Part shown: positions 60,845 to 64,000 of the stretch, piece after piece
How the letters are laid out: each line of letters starts with the position of its first letter
Numbering within the stretch: the stretch's first letter is position 1
NCBI GenBank assembly: GCA_964016885.1
Contig: OZ024740.1
Span: 19,096,001 to 19,160,000, forward strand
DNA from: Eledone cirrhosa
Taxonomy: Eukaryota
Direction of reading: 5' to 3'
DNA: 64,000 bases
The notes under the pieces: generated by a model
Seen by the model: only the letters and a program-made list of their open reading frames with translations
Database searches by the model: none
What the model was told of the DNA's origin: nothing
Translations under genes and position numbers: made by a program

Positions 60845-60845
<1 letters not shown>
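60255..60845 (-). mobile_element. retrozyme-like non-autonomous element: 466-nt unit with 103-bp direct terminal redundancy and one hammerhead, in (TA)n
   Basis: 60255-60357 is identical to 60721-60823; non-coding; multiple hairpins. Confidence 0.75.
60478..60522 (-). ncRNA. type I hammerhead ribozyme with palindromic mini stem III
   Basis: AAUAUUG CUGAUGA GUUGU AACA ACAAC GAAAC UA GUU^CAAUAUU; stem I extends through 60455-60469 pairing with 60535-60550. Confidence 0.9.
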
Positions 60846-60881
<36 letters not shown>

Positions 60882-60919
60882 CTGTGTGTGTGTGTATATA
60901 TATGTATATATATATGTAT

Positions 60920-60989
<70 letters not shown>

Positions 60990-61301
60990 TGTGTGTGTGT
61001 ATATATATATATATATATACACGCCCCCCCCCCACACATATATATAAATAACCAAATAAGATGCTGAGGTTACATATCTATCTATCTATCTATCTATCTA
61101 GATAGAGTAAGACACGCTTCGCATCGGCTCCGCTATTCCATCGGGATTTACCCTTACTATTGTAAGTACCGGATAAATTTTTTAGTGCAACACATTTGGA
61201 ACACTAACCCCTGTTATTTAGGGAAACATTTTTGCATTTACCCCCTTTTTAGGGGGTAAAATAAATATCTATTTTTGCCGAAAAATTTCTTTCTTGGCAG
61301 C

Positions 61302-63137
61302 ATGGCGGAAAAGATGGCAGACATGTCTGCCATTAGCTCTGCCACGCCCCCCAAGTCTGAAGAACAAAAAATAATTACAACAAAATTAGACATTGAAACA
61401 AACAAACAAAATGAAAAAACAAATGTTAAGGAAAATGAGCAAACAGAAAACAAACAAACAGAAAATAATACAAATAACGACAGGGCAACTTTCGCCCAGA
61501 AAACAAAGCAATCCATTACATACACACCAATTGACCTAACTGCCGCCAGAGAAAAACTGGCCGAAGCAAAGAAACATATTGTTTTGGGGGAGAACGGAAT
61601 GTTTTCCATTAACTCCCCCCCAGAATTCAAGAAAGCCAGAGCAGAAAACACAGTTATATACAGAACTATACTAAACCAGTCAAGAAAGCCAGCACAGCCC
61701 AGCCAAATGGAAATAGAGTTAGTCCTAAAAGACTATATGAAGAATATTCTCTTCATACGAAAGGACCGACTCTATGGCAGCATTTCGGTCCTAACAAGAG
61801 ACAAAGAAACGGCGGTTCAGCTTTCCCTAAGCCCACTCTCGTCGACAACATATAGCTTCTATCCCTCCTACATGGGTAGAAGAACACAGAGAATAAAAGT
61901 AAAAACAATGCTGCCCACAATGGACTTCTGGTGGGCTATTGCTGGCTTCATTGATATGGGCGAAGACACTATGCTGTCAATGGGGAAGGCAACTGGAGAT
62001 GCGTTCCTGGGAATGGGCCTCGACATACTAGTCCAAATGAGGCCCGAAAGAATAGCACAAATCCCGGATCGCATCTGGCTGGATGACCTTACCCCAATAG
62101 ACATAATTGTAGAGGGGAGAAGACCAGCATGCTATTTATGCATGGAAAGGGGACACGTTAAGGCTAACTGCCCGAAACGTATCCCCCAAAAAGGACTATT
62201 GCCCACACCCACCACAAACAGTACACCAGCACCACCCACCTCCAAAAATACACTAATACCACACACAGCAAACAAAATACAGACACCACCAACCACAAAC
62301 ACAACACAAACATCACCACCACCAGCACCAAACACAAGCACGACACAAAAATCACCACCACCAACCACAACACAAACATCACCACCACCATTACCAACCA
62401 CAAGCACGACACAAACATTACCACCACCACCACCACAAAACCCATTCCAAACAAATAATAAAAAAAACAGTAACAAATCTACCCCTCCCGCAAAAAAAAA
62501 ACAACCACACAACACGTCCCTCCCACCTAGCGCTGAAGAGTTTCCCCCAACTTCTGAAGAAGAAGGAGGAGAAGCCTTCAGACAAGTTAAAAGAAAAAAA
62601 AGAAAACACACACCCAGCACACCACAAATAACCCACACACAAACACCAACTCCAATCAAAAACACCCCACCCTCAACAAACAAAAATAAATCTGCGCCTC
62701 CCCTCTCCGAAACATTGACAGCATCACAAAAAAAGACGTTGCAATACACATATATAAATAAAGAAAACAAAAAACTGGTTAAATTAATAAACAATAACCC
62801 TATGGTGCAGACCGAAGGGCCAAACTTTATCTCAACAGAGAACTTCACCCATTTAAAAATGATAAAGGTCCCTCTGGACCTTTATCGTTCCTTAAAAGAA
62901 CAATTTAGACGGGACGTGAGCCCCCCCTGTTTAAAACCGTTGAATCGCGTCCTCTTGAAAGATTTCCCCATAACCGCCCCTCTCCCTGACACAACTCCAA
63001 ATACCCCAACCCCACCACACACGTGTACCCCCACACCACCACAAAACATCCCTCCACCCAACACACCTGATGCCATGGAAATTACGCAACCCGGAGAGGT
63101 AAGTGCTTTTCTTTCTTCACTTTCAACACCAAAATAG
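61302..63137 (+). CDS. LINE ORF1 (gag-like, CX2CX4HX4C knuckle, P/T-rich tail)
   Basis: Open frame from ATG 61302; GRRPACYLCMERGHVKANCP. Confidence 0.85.
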   Translation: MAEKMADMSAISSATPPKSEEQKIITTKLDIETNKQNEKTNVKENEQTENKQTENNTNNDRATFAQKTKQSITYTPIDLTAAREKLAEAKKHIVLGENGMFSINSPPEFKKARAENTVIYRTILNQSRKPAQPSQMEIELVLKDYMKNILFIRKDRLYGSISVLTRDKETAVQLSLSPLSSTTYSFYPSYMGRRTQRIKVKTMLPTMDFWWAIAGFIDMGEDTMLSMGKATGDAFLGMGLDILVQMRPERIAQIPDRIWLDDLTPIDIIVEGRRPACYLCMERGHVKANCPKRIPQKGLLPTPTTNSTPAPPTSKNTLIPHTANKIQTPPTTNTTQTSPPPAPNTSTTQKSPPPTTTQTSPPPLPTTSTTQTLPPPPPQNPFQTNNKKNSNKSTPPAKKKQPHNTSLPPSAEEFPPTSEEEGGEAFRQVKRKKRKHTPSTPQITHTQTPTPIKNTPPSTNKNKSAPPLSETLTASQKKTLQYTYINKENKKLVKLINNNPMVQTEGPNFISTENFTHLKMIKVPLDLYRSLKEQFRRDVSPPCLKPLNRVLLKDFPITAPLPDTTPNTPTPPHTCTPTPPQNIPPPNTPDAMEITQPGEVSAFLSSLSTPK

Positions 63138-63142
63138 ATCAA

Positions 63143-64000
63143 TTGAGAGTTGGCTGTTTGAACGCGCGTGGCCTGAGCTCAGCTTGGAAGCAAGCAAAGC
63201 TTCTAAGTGACCTCAGGTCACAAAGTATAGATGTGATGGTTGTTTGCGAGAGTCGGATCAGCAGCGTGAGACAGCTGGCGCCCGCCTTCGATGACTTTGA
63301 GATGCACGCATCTCTCTGTCAACCCGGAGGCGGGGGGGGGGGGGAGTTGCCGTACTGCTGGATAAACGTCTAACTCTCGACGTACAGATTGTTCACTCGG
63401 ACCCGGGGGGTCGATTACTGGTGCTGGACGTCGGAGGTGGTGAAGGCGGGGCTTTCAGACTGGTCGGTCTTTATGCTCCCTTCGGGGCGGAGAGAGCCGA
63501 CTTCTTCCAACGTCTGGAGACTTTTCTAGGAACGTCGCGTTCCCTGCTTTTAGTGGGGGACTGGAATGGAATCCTAGATGCGCGTTGGGACTATGCAGGG
63601 GCATGTCCCGATAGAGGGGGGTGTAGCAGCCTCAAGGGGTTACTCGATCGATTCGACCTGGTCGATAGATTTCGACTAGATTGTCCAACTGCGCCAACCT
63701 GGACCTGGGCAAACCGCAGTGGACAATCTAGATCGTACCTAGATAGGTTTTTGGTTAGGAGTAAGGATAGGGACGTATTTAGTTGTCCAGAACTGATCAT
63801 GGTTGGCTATTCAGATCACAAATTAGTGACCTGCGTGGTCAACCTTGATAGAACGCATAGACAGGGTCCCGGTTACTGGAAGATGAACTTGTCCTTACCG
63901 ACAAAGAAAGATTACAGAAACCGGATTAGTAGCTTAGTTAAGATGCGGTTGACGGGAGCGATCGTCAACAGTAGGTGGTGGATATCTCTAAAGAGAGAGA
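63143..64000 (+). pseudogene. LINE ORF2 APE endonuclease with a frameshift in a G run (~63333-63344)
   Basis: LNARGL, CESR, GRLLVLD, LYAP, VGDWN, SYLDRFLV, SDHKLV, GYWKMN. The frameshift may be a homopolymer sequencing error. Confidence 0.88.

Larger units (their letters stand above)
61101..64000 (+). mobile_element. Tx1/L1-clade LINE 5' part (runs off the window)
   Basis: Starts right after (TCTA)n; ORF1 with a CCHC knuckle, then ORF2 APE. Confidence 0.92.

Noticed and set aside
62132-62848. 238-aa Val/Gly-rich minus-strand ORF
   Set aside because: It is the antisense shadow of the P/T-rich region of ORF1.

Overview
Eukaryotic, repeat-saturated animal DNA. The SINE types and the (TA)n/(TATG)n/(CA)n load suggest an octopus or other cephalopod (inference). 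Almost all long ORFs in the track are artefacts of satellites and microsatellites. Real content: (i) two + strand exons (12333-12543, 52719-52804) of a coiled-coil host gene resembling CFAP210/CCDC173, apparently separated by a ~40 kb intron; (ii) a ~9.7 kb 14/17-bp satellite with higher-order blocks; (iii) a dense nest of retroelements: Tx1/L1, RTE plus non-autonomous RTE derivatives, R4/Dong, CRE, CR1, RTE-X, Penelope-like (Naiad-type GIY-YIG) and tRNA-derived SINEs; (iv) a few foldback/MITE elements. The most notable signal, found by folding by eye, is a population of type I hammerhead ribozymes (HHRs): six with an intact CUGANGA/GAAA core, three decayed, four copies of a CAGAAGA core variant, and several palindromic half-hammerhead micro-insertions. 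One HHR lies in a structured 466-nt retrozyme-like unit with 103-bp terminal redundancy. Several LINE families also appear tied to specific microsatellites: (CATA)n, (TAA)n, (TCTA)n and (TA)n. No searches or folding programs were run.
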